This document shows positions 8,921 to 17,517 of a DNA stretch of 56,679 nt, piece by piece (the first letter of the stretch is position 1; every line of letters begins with the position of its first letter). A program made the position numbers and the translations under genes. Source of the DNA: an uncultured Candidatus Woesearchaeota archaeon (lineage in GTDB: Archaea > Nanobdellota > Nanobdellia > Woesearchaeales > B29-G15); assembly GCA_903915225.1 (NCBI GenBank), contig CAIWSB010000030.1, positions 1-56,679 of the forward strand, given 5' to 3'. The notes under the pieces were generated by a model, which worked only from the letters and a program-made list of their open reading frames with translations, searched no databases and was not told where the DNA came from.

Positions 8921-9762
8921 TTCTTCTCACCCAGGTATTGCCTCTTGAATGCCTCAAGCTGCTTCTGCTCTTCCTGCTCTCTTTTGGCCGCAATTTCCCT
9001 TTCCATTCTTGCCTGGGCCTCATGCCTCCTGCTCTCCTCATTTTCAGCAATGAGGTTGTGGGCCTTCTCAGCTGTGTAGACCATCCCGGTCCATATGTCC
9101 TTCCCCTTGTAAGAGATATTCGCCCTGAATTTCAAATCAAGAACAATGCTGCCATACTTTTTCCAGCTCCTTATTTTCACTTCATCCTTTAGGCCATCAA
9201 GCTGCAGCTTTCCCTCATATGATTCATAGAAAGGCCCTGCCCCATCACCACTAAAAACATCTGCAAAAGACCGGCGCTGTTTCTTCTTCCATTCTGGAAC
9301 CAGTTTAATCAGCCCCTCAACCTCATCCCAAGTTAGTTCGCTCAGTGCAGAGGCCTCCTGGCCCTTACCTAATGCAAACCTTATCTCCTGAACTCTTGTA
9401 AGGACTGGCATCTCCTTCCTTTGTTTCCTCTCCTCAATCGCCCTCTTCCGGGCCTCTTCCCTCTCTTTGTCAGCCCGAATCATGTCCTCGACCATCTTTC
9501 TGTTCTCCTCAGCTTTCTCATATGCAGCATCATACACTACCTTGCCATCCTTCCCTTCATAACTGGCAATAACCTTCTCTCCAAATTTCACATTTACCGC
9601 GTAGGTTTCATTATCCTTTTTCTGTAAGTGGAATTCCATAACCTTTTTCGACTCTGGAACCCCAAGTGCACCCTCCAGGCGGCCATCCTCCCAGTTAGTC
9701 CATTGCTCAATCTTCCGGGCCATCTCAGTAATCTGCTCCAAGGTGAATTCATTGGCGTTCAT
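8917..9762 (-). CDS. Array paralog, double module, type D, unknown function
   Basis: 281 aa. Module 1 'FTLEQITEMARKIEQW', module 2 'LTWDEVEGLIKLVPEW', ER/K-rich linkers, tail 'QYLGEKK'. ATGA overlaps. Confidence 0.8.
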   Translation of the reverse strand: MNANEFTLEQITEMARKIEQWTNWEDGRLEGALGVPESKKVMEFHLQKKDNETYAVNVKFGEKVIASYEGKDGKVVYDAAYEKAEENRKMVEDMIRADKEREEARKRAIEERKQRKEMPVLTRVQEIRFALGKGQEASALSELTWDEVEGLIKLVPEWKKKQRRSFADVFSGDGAGPFYESYEGKLQLDGLKDEVKIRSWKKYGSIVLDLKFRANISYKGKDIWTGMVYTAEKAHNLIAENEESRRHEAQARMEREIAAKREQEEQKQLEAFKRQYLGEKK

Positions 9763-10496
9763 TTTTTCTCACCCAGGATTCCCTTTTTCAGCCGCTCTAT
9801 CCTGGCCTCCTTTTCTTGTTCCTTTTTTAATTCAAAGAGGGTATCATATCTCATCGCCATCTCAGTCAATAGGCTCTGGGCTCGCCCACCCACTATCTCG
9901 AAAACTTTTTTCCCTGCGAACATCACGCTAACCTTCTCCAAATTGCCGCCCAAAATGGCAACTCTTTTATAGCCTGATATTACAACCGGTGAGTCAGCTG
10001 TGTCGAAGCTGCCGCGATATCTTGCAGCCGAACCTATATCCACATGGAAGTTTCGCTTATGCTCCTCGCAATCGCTCATCCCCCTAACCATTTTCAGCAC
10101 ATCATCGTAACTGAGAGGCTGAACAACTGAGCTCTCTGCAGGCGTGTTCCCGAGTGCAGCCCGCATCTCCAGCAGTGCCTTCTCTGCTTTGGAATTCTTG
10201 CATTGTTTCTTTCCGTATGCGATATTGAACGGCTCGGACACATTCTCGCCGTGGTAGTTGGCAATATCCTCATCATTATATGAGACTGTTACGCTGTATG
10301 TGTAACGTTGCCCGGCCTCGTCCTGAACAGCAAACTTGCCCACCTTCAGAACAAGTTTATCCAGCGAATACCATTTGGGCTTGACCTCCCCAACGTAGCT
10401 GGTTAGCTCAGCCCCGTTGTTCACATTATTCTTCCAGTGGGTAACCTTCCGGGCCATCTCGGTAATCTGCTCAAGTGTGAATCTGTTTGAGCTCAT
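9759..10496 (-). CDS. Array paralog, double module, type E, unknown function
   Basis: 245 aa. 'FTLEQITEMARKVTHW', 'KPKWYSLDKLVLKV', second module 'LSYDDVLKMVRGMSDC', tail 'GILGEKK' (GGTGAG = SD of the next gene). ATGA overlaps. Confidence 0.8.
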   Translation of the reverse strand: MSSNRFTLEQITEMARKVTHWKNNVNNGAELTSYVGEVKPKWYSLDKLVLKVGKFAVQDEAGQRYTYSVTVSYNDEDIANYHGENVSEPFNIAYGKKQCKNSKAEKALLEMRAALGNTPAESSVVQPLSYDDVLKMVRGMSDCEEHKRNFHVDIGSAARYRGSFDTADSPVVISGYKRVAILGGNLEKVSVMFAGKKVFEIVGGRAQSLLTEMAMRYDTLFELKKEQEKEARIERLKKGILGEKK

Positions 10497-11239
10497 TTCT
10501 CCTCACCAGCTGTCTTCTTGAAAAGCGCACCCTTCAGCTTCTCCAGCTTTTCTTTCTTTACCCTCTCTTGGCTCTCCCTTTTGAACTCATCACAGCGGGC
10601 CTTTGTGGCACCAATTATCTGGTCAATATCTCCATAATTGCGCTCCTCGAACACCCGCTCCCCATTGAACAGAACCCTTACAATCCAACAGTTCTCAGCG
10701 AAATTGACGCCCTGATAGATAATAACCCTTTGAGGTGAATTCTTCCCTTCGATATTCACACTGCCCTCAAATCTGTAGTCTACATGGCCAAATGTTTGAT
10801 ATGTGTATTTGCATTCTTCTACCCTGTTTATCAGCCCCAAAACCTCCTCCAGGGTGACCGGCTTAACAATTGAGCTCTGGTCAGGCTTGCTGGAAACCAG
10901 TGCCCTCAAATCCTGAACGGCCTTCTGCATTTTCGCTTCCTTATGCTGTTTCTTCTGGTAGGCGATCTGGAAAGGCTCAGATGCATCAAACTCAGCCACC
11001 TTTTCACCGCTGTAGGTAACTGTCACGCTGTATGAGCATATGGGTGGGCTATCGGCATCTGCACAACCGAAAACCGCCCTCCCCACCCTTAGCACCAGCT
11101 TCTCTGGGGAATACCATTTTGGCCTAATCTCACCAACATAGTGCAAAAAATAGGGATCATTATTGGCAGAATCCTTCCAGTGCCCAACCCTTCGTGCCAT
11201 CTCAGTGACCTGCTCCAGCGTGAATTCATTGCCGCTCAT
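10493..11239 (-). CDS. Array paralog, double module, type E, unknown function
   Basis: 248 aa. 'FTLEQVTEMARRVGHW', 'HYVGEIRPKWYS', 'VTLEEVLGLINRVEEC', 'FGHVDYRFEG', tail 'TAGEEK'. ATGA overlaps. Confidence 0.8.
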   Translation of the reverse strand: MSGNEFTLEQVTEMARRVGHWKDSANNDPYFLHYVGEIRPKWYSPEKLVLRVGRAVFGCADADSPPICSYSVTVTYSGEKVAEFDASEPFQIAYQKKQHKEAKMQKAVQDLRALVSSKPDQSSIVKPVTLEEVLGLINRVEECKYTYQTFGHVDYRFEGSVNIEGKNSPQRVIIYQGVNFAENCWIVRVLFNGERVFEERNYGDIDQIIGATKARCDEFKRESQERVKKEKLEKLKGALFKKTAGEEK

Positions 11240-11985
11240 GCCTTCTCGCCCCCGGACTTCTTAAAAAGCGCAGCCTTCATCTTCTCGAGCTTCTCTTTCC
11301 TAAGCTTATCTTGATCCTCTTTTCGGATATTCTGTCTACGAGCGCTTGCTTGACTAAATATCTCAGTCCACGCATCGTAATCACTTGATTCGAAAACCTT
11401 TTCACCATTAAACAGCACTTTTGCAGTGAACTCGTTTTTTATTGGATGGTAAATCTTGAAAAAAAGTACCTTGTAATTTTGTCCCTCGACTTTGATCCTG
11501 CCTTCAAATTTTACGTGCACACGGCCAAATTCTAAGGAGCAATCATAGCATTCATCGAGCTTACCAATCAAGCCCAAAATATCCTCAACAGTAACAGGCT
11601 TAACAACAGAGCTTTCCTCAGGTGTGCTGGACACAAGTGCCCTCAAATCCTGCATGGCCATCTGCATTTTCACTTCCTTCTGCTGCTTCTTCTGGTATGC
11701 AATCTCGAAAGGTTTAGACACATCATCACCGCCATAGGTGGCAACCTCTTCCCCGCCAAAATAGACTATGGCGCTGTACTTGTACTGTGGGGCGCAAGCA
11801 GAGTCCTCATTTGGCATAGTAATTCTGCCAACCCTTATCTCCAATTTATCCCCTGAGTACCATTTTGGCCTTATCTCGCCAACATAGTGCGTGAAGTAAG
11901 GCAAATTCTGGGCAGACTCCCTCCAGTGCCTCACCCTCCCTGCCATCTCAGTGACCTGCTCCAATGTGAAGGTGTTCTCGCTCAT
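11236..11985 (-). CDS. Array paralog, double module, type E, unknown function
   Basis: 249 aa. 'FTLEQVTEMAGRVRHW', 'HYVGEIRPKWYS', 'VTVEDILGLIGKLDEC', tail 'SGGEKA'. ATGA overlaps. Confidence 0.8.
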   Translation of the reverse strand: MSENTFTLEQVTEMAGRVRHWRESAQNLPYFTHYVGEIRPKWYSGDKLEIRVGRITMPNEDSACAPQYKYSAIVYFGGEEVATYGGDDVSKPFEIAYQKKQQKEVKMQMAMQDLRALVSSTPEESSVVKPVTVEDILGLIGKLDECYDCSLEFGRVHVKFEGRIKVEGQNYKVLFFKIYHPIKNEFTAKVLFNGEKVFESSDYDAWTEIFSQASARRQNIRKEDQDKLRKEKLEKMKAALFKKSGGEKA

Positions 11986-12737
11986 TTCTTTTCATCCCCT
12001 GGCTTCTTAAAAAGCACACCCTTCATTTTCTCAAGCTTCTCTTTCAAAGCCCTCTCTTGGTTCTCTTTTTTAACCTCATCAATGCGAGAATATGTGGCAC
12101 CAACTATACGGTCATCTTCTCCCACATTGCGTGTCTCGAATACCTTTTCCCCGTTGAAGAGTACCCTCACAATCCAATTATGTTCTTTGAAATTGCGAAC
12201 TCTGTAAACAAGAACCTTTTGAGGTTCATTCTTCCCTTCAACATTCACTCTGCCCTCAAATCTATAGTCCACATGGCCAAATGTTAGCTCAGTGTCTTTG
12301 CAATCTTCAACTTTTTTGATTAGCCCCAAAACGTCCTCAAGTGTGACTGGCTTTACAACAGAACTTTGCTCAGGTGTGTTAGACAGCACAGTCCTTATAT
12401 CCTGCAGGGCCATCTGCATTTTCATTTCCTTGCGCTGTTTCTTCTGGTAAGCAGTTTGGAAAGGAGCTGAAACATTTTCTCCATTGTATTCAGAAACTAT
12501 TATATCACCATAGGTGACTGTTGCGCTATAATTTCGCTGCGGTTCACACGTGGAATCTTTATTTGGCACAATAATCCTCCCCACAGTTATCTCCAATTTC
12601 TCAGAGGAGTACCATTTCGGCCTTATCTCGCCAACATAGTGCGTAGAGTAGGGCTCATTATTGGGCCAGCCCTTCCAGTGGCTAACCCTCCCGGCCATCT
12701 CAGTAACCTGCTCTAGGGTGAAGGAGTTCTCTCTCAT
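11982..12737 (-). CDS. Array paralog, double module, type E, unknown function
   Basis: 251 aa. 'FTLEQVTEMAGRVSHW', 'HYVGEIRPKWYS', 'VTLEDVLGLIKKVEDC', 'FGHVDYRFEG', tail 'PGDEKK'. ATGA overlaps. Confidence 0.8.
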   Translation of the reverse strand: MRENSFTLEQVTEMAGRVSHWKGWPNNEPYSTHYVGEIRPKWYSSEKLEITVGRIIVPNKDSTCEPQRNYSATVTYGDIIVSEYNGENVSAPFQTAYQKKQRKEMKMQMALQDIRTVLSNTPEQSSVVKPVTLEDVLGLIKKVEDCKDTELTFGHVDYRFEGRVNVEGKNEPQKVLVYRVRNFKEHNWIVRVLFNGEKVFETRNVGEDDRIVGATYSRIDEVKKENQERALKEKLEKMKGVLFKKPGDEKK

Positions 12738-13501
12738 TTCTTCTCACCCACCGTCTTCCTTACAATGGCCTTCTTGATACCCTCAAGCCTTGCTTCTACC
12801 CCTTTATTGTACCTCTCGCTTACAATTCCGCCAATGCGATTATCCATCAACTTTATTAGTTCCTGTGCAGGTTCACCCTCTATCTCGAATACTTTTTCTC
12901 CCTTGAAGAACCCCCTCACAAATAGTAAACTTCCCCCTATGTAATCATATTTCTTGGCGTAGCCGATTATTTTCACAGATGAGTTAGGCTGGTTTGTATT
13001 GAACTTGCCGTGATATTTATCGATGCCACCTTGATGAAGTGTCATGCCCATGCGGAACACCTTGCATTTACTCATTTTATTAATCATGCCAGCAACTTCG
13101 TCATATGTTAGAGGTGGAACAACAGAACTTTCCTGCGGCGTTCCTGTCAGCGTTTCTCTTAATTCCTGCAACGCCGTTTGGATTTTATCCTGCTTGATTT
13201 TTTTATTTCGGTAGGCGACTGCAAAAGGTCCAGAGGCACCTTCCCCTTGGTAGTCTGCGATTTTTTTGTCTGAATAGGTGACTGTTGCGCTGTATGTATA
13301 GCGTGGTAGAGTGGTTGGTTCTGTCACTTCAGCAAGAGCTCGGCCCACTTTTATGACCAATTTATCAAGTGAATACCATTTTGGGCTCATCATCCCAAAG
13401 TATGTTAAAGAGTTGGGCTCATTGCTGGTTGAATCCTTCCATAGCCTAACCTTTTTTGCCATTTCCGTAATCTGCTCCAGCGTGAAGGTGTTCTCGCTCA
13501 T
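12734..13501 (-). CDS. Array paralog, double module, type E, unknown function
   Basis: 255 aa. 'FTLEQITEMAKKVRLW', 'SPKWYSLDKLVIKV', 'LTYDEVAGMINKMSKC', tail 'TVGEKK'. ATGA overlaps. Confidence 0.8.
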   Translation of the reverse strand: MSENTFTLEQITEMAKKVRLWKDSTSNEPNSLTYFGMMSPKWYSLDKLVIKVGRALAEVTEPTTLPRYTYSATVTYSDKKIADYQGEGASGPFAVAYRNKKIKQDKIQTALQELRETLTGTPQESSVVPPLTYDEVAGMINKMSKCKVFRMGMTLHQGGIDKYHGKFNTNQPNSSVKIIGYAKKYDYIGGSLLFVRGFFKGEKVFEIEGEPAQELIKLMDNRIGGIVSERYNKGVEARLEGIKKAIVRKTVGEKK

Positions 13502-14259
13502 TTCTTCTCCACCTCCTTTCTCCTGAGAATGGCGCTCTTCATGCTCTCCAGCTTCTCTCTCTGGGACCTCTCCTTTTTGTCGTTCTTGAGGGCAACTATG
13601 CGTTTATCCGCCGCATCCAATATCTCCTCTTTTGTATCCCCATCCTCTGTTGCGTAAACCACATTCCCTCTGACGTAAATTGTCAAGATTATTTTTCTAT
13701 TAAATTCCTGTTTTGAGGCATATCTCTGGCGAATGGCCAGCTCCAGGTCCGGACTCTGCCCCCCTATCTTGATTCTCCCATTGTACTTAACGAAAGAATA
13801 GCCCGCACTACAAGTGCATTCATCAAATCTCTTAATTACACTCAGCACCTCATCAAGCGTGAGCTGCTTTACAATTGAGCTTTCCTGAGGCGTATCTGAA
13901 ATCAATCCACGCAGTTCCAGCAAGACCTTTTGTTTTTCTGATTCCACCTGCAGGTTACTCTTGTTTGCCACATCGAAAGGCTGGTTCGCATCTTGCCCTT
14001 TATAGTTTGCAATAATCTTGTCAGAATAGGATACAATGGCTGAGTAGGTTGACACAAGCGAATCTCCATTATGGCGGGTGTATCTCGCCACATTAAGCAC
14101 AAGCACGTCCAAGGAATACCATTTGGGCTTGATGTATCCAGTGTAGGCTGTTTTCTGCCCATCTGGGTAGATAACCCCTGAATCCATCCCGTCATTCCAA
14201 GTCCTGACCCTCTTGGCCATCTCTGTGATATCCTCCAGGGTGAATGCGTTCTCGCTCAT
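13498..14259 (-). CDS. Array paralog, double module, type E, unknown function
   Basis: 253 aa. 'FTLEDITEMAKRVRTW', 'KPKWYSLDVLVLNV', 'LTLDEVLSVIKRFDEC', tail 'KEVEKK'. ATGA overlaps. Confidence 0.8.
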   Translation of the reverse strand: MSENAFTLEDITEMAKRVRTWNDGMDSGVIYPDGQKTAYTGYIKPKWYSLDVLVLNVARYTRHNGDSLVSTYSAIVSYSDKIIANYKGQDANQPFDVANKSNLQVESEKQKVLLELRGLISDTPQESSIVKQLTLDEVLSVIKRFDECTCSAGYSFVKYNGRIKIGGQSPDLELAIRQRYASKQEFNRKIILTIYVRGNVVYATEDGDTKEEILDAADKRIVALKNDKKERSQREKLESMKSAILRRKEVEKK

Positions 14260-14975
14260 TTCTTCTCACCCTTGGATCTTATCCTCTCTTTCATCCTCTC
14301 GATGTGTTTTGACATCTCTGTCGTGCCCATCTCCTTCCTAATTTCTTTGAAGCGCTTGTCCATTTGCTCAATAAGACTGTCAGCAGGGAGTAGGTCGAAA
14401 AGTTTTTCGCCCTTATACTTCAAAGTAAAGTAAGTGAAGCCATCAACCGGTAAGTCATTCTTGCCAGCAATAATCTTAGCCCCTGGGATGCTTAATCTGC
14501 CTTTATAGGTGTAAGTTACTGCTTCGCCAGTGCTATGGCAATACCTGCTGCAGTCATCCATCTTTTTGATTATGCTTAGAACCTCCTCCAGCGTCAATGG
14601 TTTAACTATAGAGATATCCTGAAGAGGTTCCCCAAGCGCAGCTCGAACCTCCTGTATCCCCTTGTACTTTTTGGCCTCATGCGGGCGCTTTTTCGCGTAG
14701 GCGATTTCAAAGAGCTTTGATACATCTGGACCTGAGAATTCTGCCACCTTCTCCCCCAAAAAGGATACAGCCACTTTATAGGAGAATTTTTGCTCCGAAC
14801 TTTCTTCGAGGATTTTCGTGACATTTATTTCGAATTCTTTTAGTGACCACAATCTGGGACTGACTTTCCCACTGTAGCCGTAAGATCTGGGCTCGCCAAA
14901 GTAGCTTTCATTCCAGTATCCAACCTTCTGGGCCATCCCCATTATCTGTTCCAGGGTGAATGCGTTCTTGCTCAT
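14256..14975 (-). CDS. Array paralog, double module, type E, unknown function
   Basis: 239 aa. 'FTLEQIMGMAQKVGYW', 'LTLEEVLSIIKKMDDC', tail 'SKGEKK'. ATGA overlaps. Confidence 0.8.
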   Translation of the reverse strand: MSKNAFTLEQIMGMAQKVGYWNESYFGEPRSYGYSGKVSPRLWSLKEFEINVTKILEESSEQKFSYKVAVSFLGEKVAEFSGPDVSKLFEIAYAKKRPHEAKKYKGIQEVRAALGEPLQDISIVKPLTLEEVLSIIKKMDDCSRYCHSTGEAVTYTYKGRLSIPGAKIIAGKNDLPVDGFTYFTLKYKGEKLFDLLPADSLIEQMDKRFKEIRKEMGTTEMSKHIERMKERIRSKGEKK

Positions 14976-15709
14976 TTCTTCTCACCCGCAATCTTCTTCG
15001 AGAAGGCCCTCTTTATCTTCTCAATCCTCTCTTTCTTTTCCCTCTCTTGGATAACCCTATCTAAATCCCTCACGCGGTCATTTAGCTCTTGCAATATTTT
15101 GTGATATTTGAATTCAGTACCCTCTAAAACCGTTTCCCCCTTGTAATCCATTTTTAAGAACCATTTCCCATTGTTTTTATCGTAGTATCTTGAAATGAGA
15201 ATCCGCGAATCCTTCCCATCAAAATTAATTCTCCCGTCATATCTTGATGCAGTTCTATTCCTTTCGCTGTATTTGCACGAATCGAACCTCTTAATCAAGC
15301 CCACAACCTCGTCGCTACTGAGCGGGCTGACAGATGAGCCCTCCTGCGGCGTGTTTGAAATGAGTGTCCTCAATTCCGCCAGAGCCTTTTGTCTACTTAC
15401 TTCCTTAGATTCAATTTTCTTATTGGCAATATCAAATATATCAGAAACCTCATCACCCTGGTAATAGCCAATTGTCTCTTTGCCATATGTGACCCTCGCT
15501 GTGTACTTGTAATTCTGGCCGGACTGGGAATTCGCATCCTGGTAAGTCTGCCTGTCCACCTTAATGGCTAATCTATCAAGTGAATACCAATTTGGCTTAA
15601 TCCTCCCTGTAAAGCTGATATAGCCTAGCTTACTGTCGTCTTCTTCCTTCCAGCCCCTAACCCCCTTGGCCATTTCAGTAATCTGCTCCAGCGTGAAGGC
15701 ATCGCTCAT
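14972..15709 (-). CDS. Array paralog, double module, type E, unknown function
   Basis: 245 aa. 'FTLEQITEMAKGVRGW', 'KPNWYSLDRLAIKV', 'LSSDEVVGLIKRFDSC', tail 'IAGEKK'. ATGA overlaps. Confidence 0.8.
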   Translation of the reverse strand: MSDAFTLEQITEMAKGVRGWKEEDDSKLGYISFTGRIKPNWYSLDRLAIKVDRQTYQDANSQSGQNYKYTARVTYGKETIGYYQGDEVSDIFDIANKKIESKEVSRQKALAELRTLISNTPQEGSSVSPLSSDEVVGLIKRFDSCKYSERNRTASRYDGRINFDGKDSRILISRYYDKNNGKWFLKMDYKGETVLEGTEFKYHKILQELNDRVRDLDRVIQEREKKERIEKIKRAFSKKIAGEKK

Positions 15710-16164
15710 CCGAAAAACCTCCTGTACCAGGGCTGTTTCTTTTCAGCCAATTTGCATAATCTAGAATCCCCTGTGATGGCCTGCTTTATCTCTTCTATGA
15801 CAGCCAGTTTCTCATCCTCTCTCCTTTTTCGCTCAGCAAAAACCGCTTCATTTTCCTTGAGATAGTGGGCCTTCTCAGCAATAGCAAACACTCTTTTCGC
15901 TGCCTTGTAGCTCAACTTGGAGATTTCAGTTTCCCCGCAACTCAAAGAACCACTATAAATATCATTATAAAAATCCCTTTCAAAGAAATAGTTATATTTA
16001 GAAGTCCTATAGTGCGATACCTTCAGAATTACCTCCTTGCCAGACCCAGCGGGTGTGAAGACTCCACTGTATTCAAAACCGTAAGTGTCCTTGTTGTTCT
16101 TGTTCCACAGAGGAACTGCCCGAGCTACTTTCAGAATCTCCTCCAGGCTCAGGGTGTTTTTCAT
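15706..16164 (-). CDS. Array paralog, single module, type F, unknown function
   Basis: 152 aa. 'LSLEEILKVARAVPLW', 'YKAAKRVFAIA', tail 'QPWYRRFFG'. Start moved from 16209 to ATG 16164 (ATGA overlap, AGGAGG 9 nt upstream). Confidence 0.8.
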   Translation of the reverse strand: MKNTLSLEEILKVARAVPLWNKNNKDTYGFEYSGVFTPAGSGKEVILKVSHYRTSKYNYFFERDFYNDIYSGSLSCGETEISKLSYKAAKRVFAIAEKAHYLKENEAVFAERKRREDEKLAVIEEIKQAITGDSRLCKLAEKKQPWYRRFFG

Positions 16165-16610
16165 CCCAAAAACCTCCTGTACCAGTGCCTTTTTGGGTTT
16201 AAGCTGCACAAAGTTGAGTCGCCACTGAGAACCTGCTTCACCTGCTGGATGGTTGCCTGCTCTGCCTCCTGCTTTTTCCTGAACTCAGCATTGGCCGCCT
16301 CAGCTTTCTTCAATAAGATTTTCTTCTCAGCAATCTCATAGACCCTTTTTGCCTGCTTTTCATTTAGCTCAACTGCTCCAGTATCGTCTAATTTCAATGA
16401 ACCCAGATATTGATAGCTAGAATAATCACCAAACATTCCGTAATGTTTAGTTTCAATACCTGTTGCGCTCACATGCATGCTTTTGTCAGAGCCATTTGGC
16501 GTAAACTGGCCAGAGTATGTCTTAGTGTCAAAATGATTGGTATCCTCTTTCCACTCACTAACCCCCTTGGCAATTGTTACAATCTCCTCAAGGCGCAGGT
16601 TGCTGCTCAT
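16161..16610 (-). CDS. Array paralog, single module, type F, unknown function
   Basis: 149 aa. 'LRLEEIVTIAKGVSEW', 'EKQAKRVYEIA', tail 'RHWYRRFLG'. ATGA overlaps. Confidence 0.8.
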   Translation of the reverse strand: MSSNLRLEEIVTIAKGVSEWKEDTNHFDTKTYSGQFTPNGSDKSMHVSATGIETKHYGMFGDYSSYQYLGSLKLDDTGAVELNEKQAKRVYEIAEKKILLKKAEAANAEFRKKQEAEQATIQQVKQVLSGDSTLCSLNPKRHWYRRFLG

Positions 16611-17068
16611 TTCAGAAACCTCCTGTAAAATGGGCGCCTCTCTTTTGCTCCGAGGGTTGAATCCCCGCTTAGGGCCTGCTTCAGCTCCCCGATTGCTTCC
16701 GACTTCTTCTCTGCAACTTTCCTTAACATTTCCGCTTCCTCTCTTTTCTTGCGGTTGGCTTCCTCATCGATTTTATGTTGGATGGCTTTCTCAGCTGCAA
16801 AGTACACTTTTTTTGCCTGCCTTGCTGTTAGCTCTACGATTGTGGTGTCCCCGAATGACAATGTGGCCACATAATCGTTTCTATAGCCTGACCAGGTGGC
16901 TGGGGCCCAAAACCTAGTCACTGATGTGTTCACAACCACGGCCTTATCAGAGCCATTTGGCGTATAGGTTCCTGAGTAAGAGTACCCGCAGTCAATGGGT
17001 TTTTTAGTCCACTCTGAAATCCCATTTGCAATTGTTACAATCTCCTCAAGGCGCAGGTTGCTGCTCAT
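16607..17068 (-). CDS. Array paralog, single module, type F, unknown function
   Basis: 153 aa. 'LRLEEIVTIANGISEW', 'ARQAKKVYFAA', tail 'RPFYRRFLK'. Start moved from 17116 to ATG 17068 (ATGA overlap). Confidence 0.8.
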   Translation of the reverse strand: MSSNLRLEEIVTIANGISEWTKKPIDCGYSYSGTYTPNGSDKAVVVNTSVTRFWAPATWSGYRNDYVATLSFGDTTIVELTARQAKKVYFAAEKAIQHKIDEEANRKKREEAEMLRKVAEKKSEAIGELKQALSGDSTLGAKERRPFYRRFLK

Positions 17069-17517
17069 CCCAAAAACCTCCTGTAGAACGGCCGGCTCTC
17101 CTTGGCCAGAGTGCACAGGGTTGAATCCCCCTTGAGTGCCTCTTTCACCTGGAGAACTGCAGCTGCCTTTTCCTCATCAGCCTTTCTTCGTACTGCCTCC
17201 ACCTTCTCATCTTCCCTTTGTAGGTAGGCCTTCCTTACAGCCTGGTAGACCCTTTTAGCTTGCCCAGAAGTCAGCGATGTGAGCTCAGTCTCCCCCAATT
17301 TCAGTGAGGCATGATAAATTAATATTCTCCTGTCTGGGAGAAATTCATTGCGCTTCGTGCGAACAGAAATTGTTGCACTCACAACTATGCTCTTGTCAGA
17401 GCCATTTGGTGTATAGGCCCCTTTATAGAACGTATCATAGTCTTTCTTTTCGCGTTTCCACTCCGAAACGCCCTTGACAATTGTTACAATCTCCTCAAGG
17501 CGCAGGTTGTTGCTCAT
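17065..17517 (-). CDS. Array paralog, single module, type F, unknown function
   Basis: 150 aa. 'LRLEEIVTIVKGVSEW', 'SGQAKRVYQAV', tail 'RPFYRRFLG'. ATGA overlaps. Confidence 0.8.
   Translation of the reverse strand: MSNNLRLEEIVTIVKGVSEWKREKKDYDTFYKGAYTPNGSDKSIVVSATISVRTKRNEFLPDRRILIYHASLKLGETELTSLTSGQAKRVYQAVRKAYLQREDEKVEAVRRKADEEKAAAVLQVKEALKGDSTLCTLAKESRPFYRRFLG

Noticed and set aside
523-17116. Track start codons that give N-terminal extensions such as 'MVQEDGEM', 'MVQEAGGM', 'MQLKPKKALVQEVFGM' and 'MHSGQGEPAVLQEVFGM'.
   Set aside because: The upstream ATG is created by the Trp codon of the preceding gene's tail (CC ATG GTA CAG GAG G = P W Y R R read in another frame). The internal ATG gives the canonical ATGA overlap, places AGGAGG 8-9 nt upstream, and matches paralogs that lack the extension.
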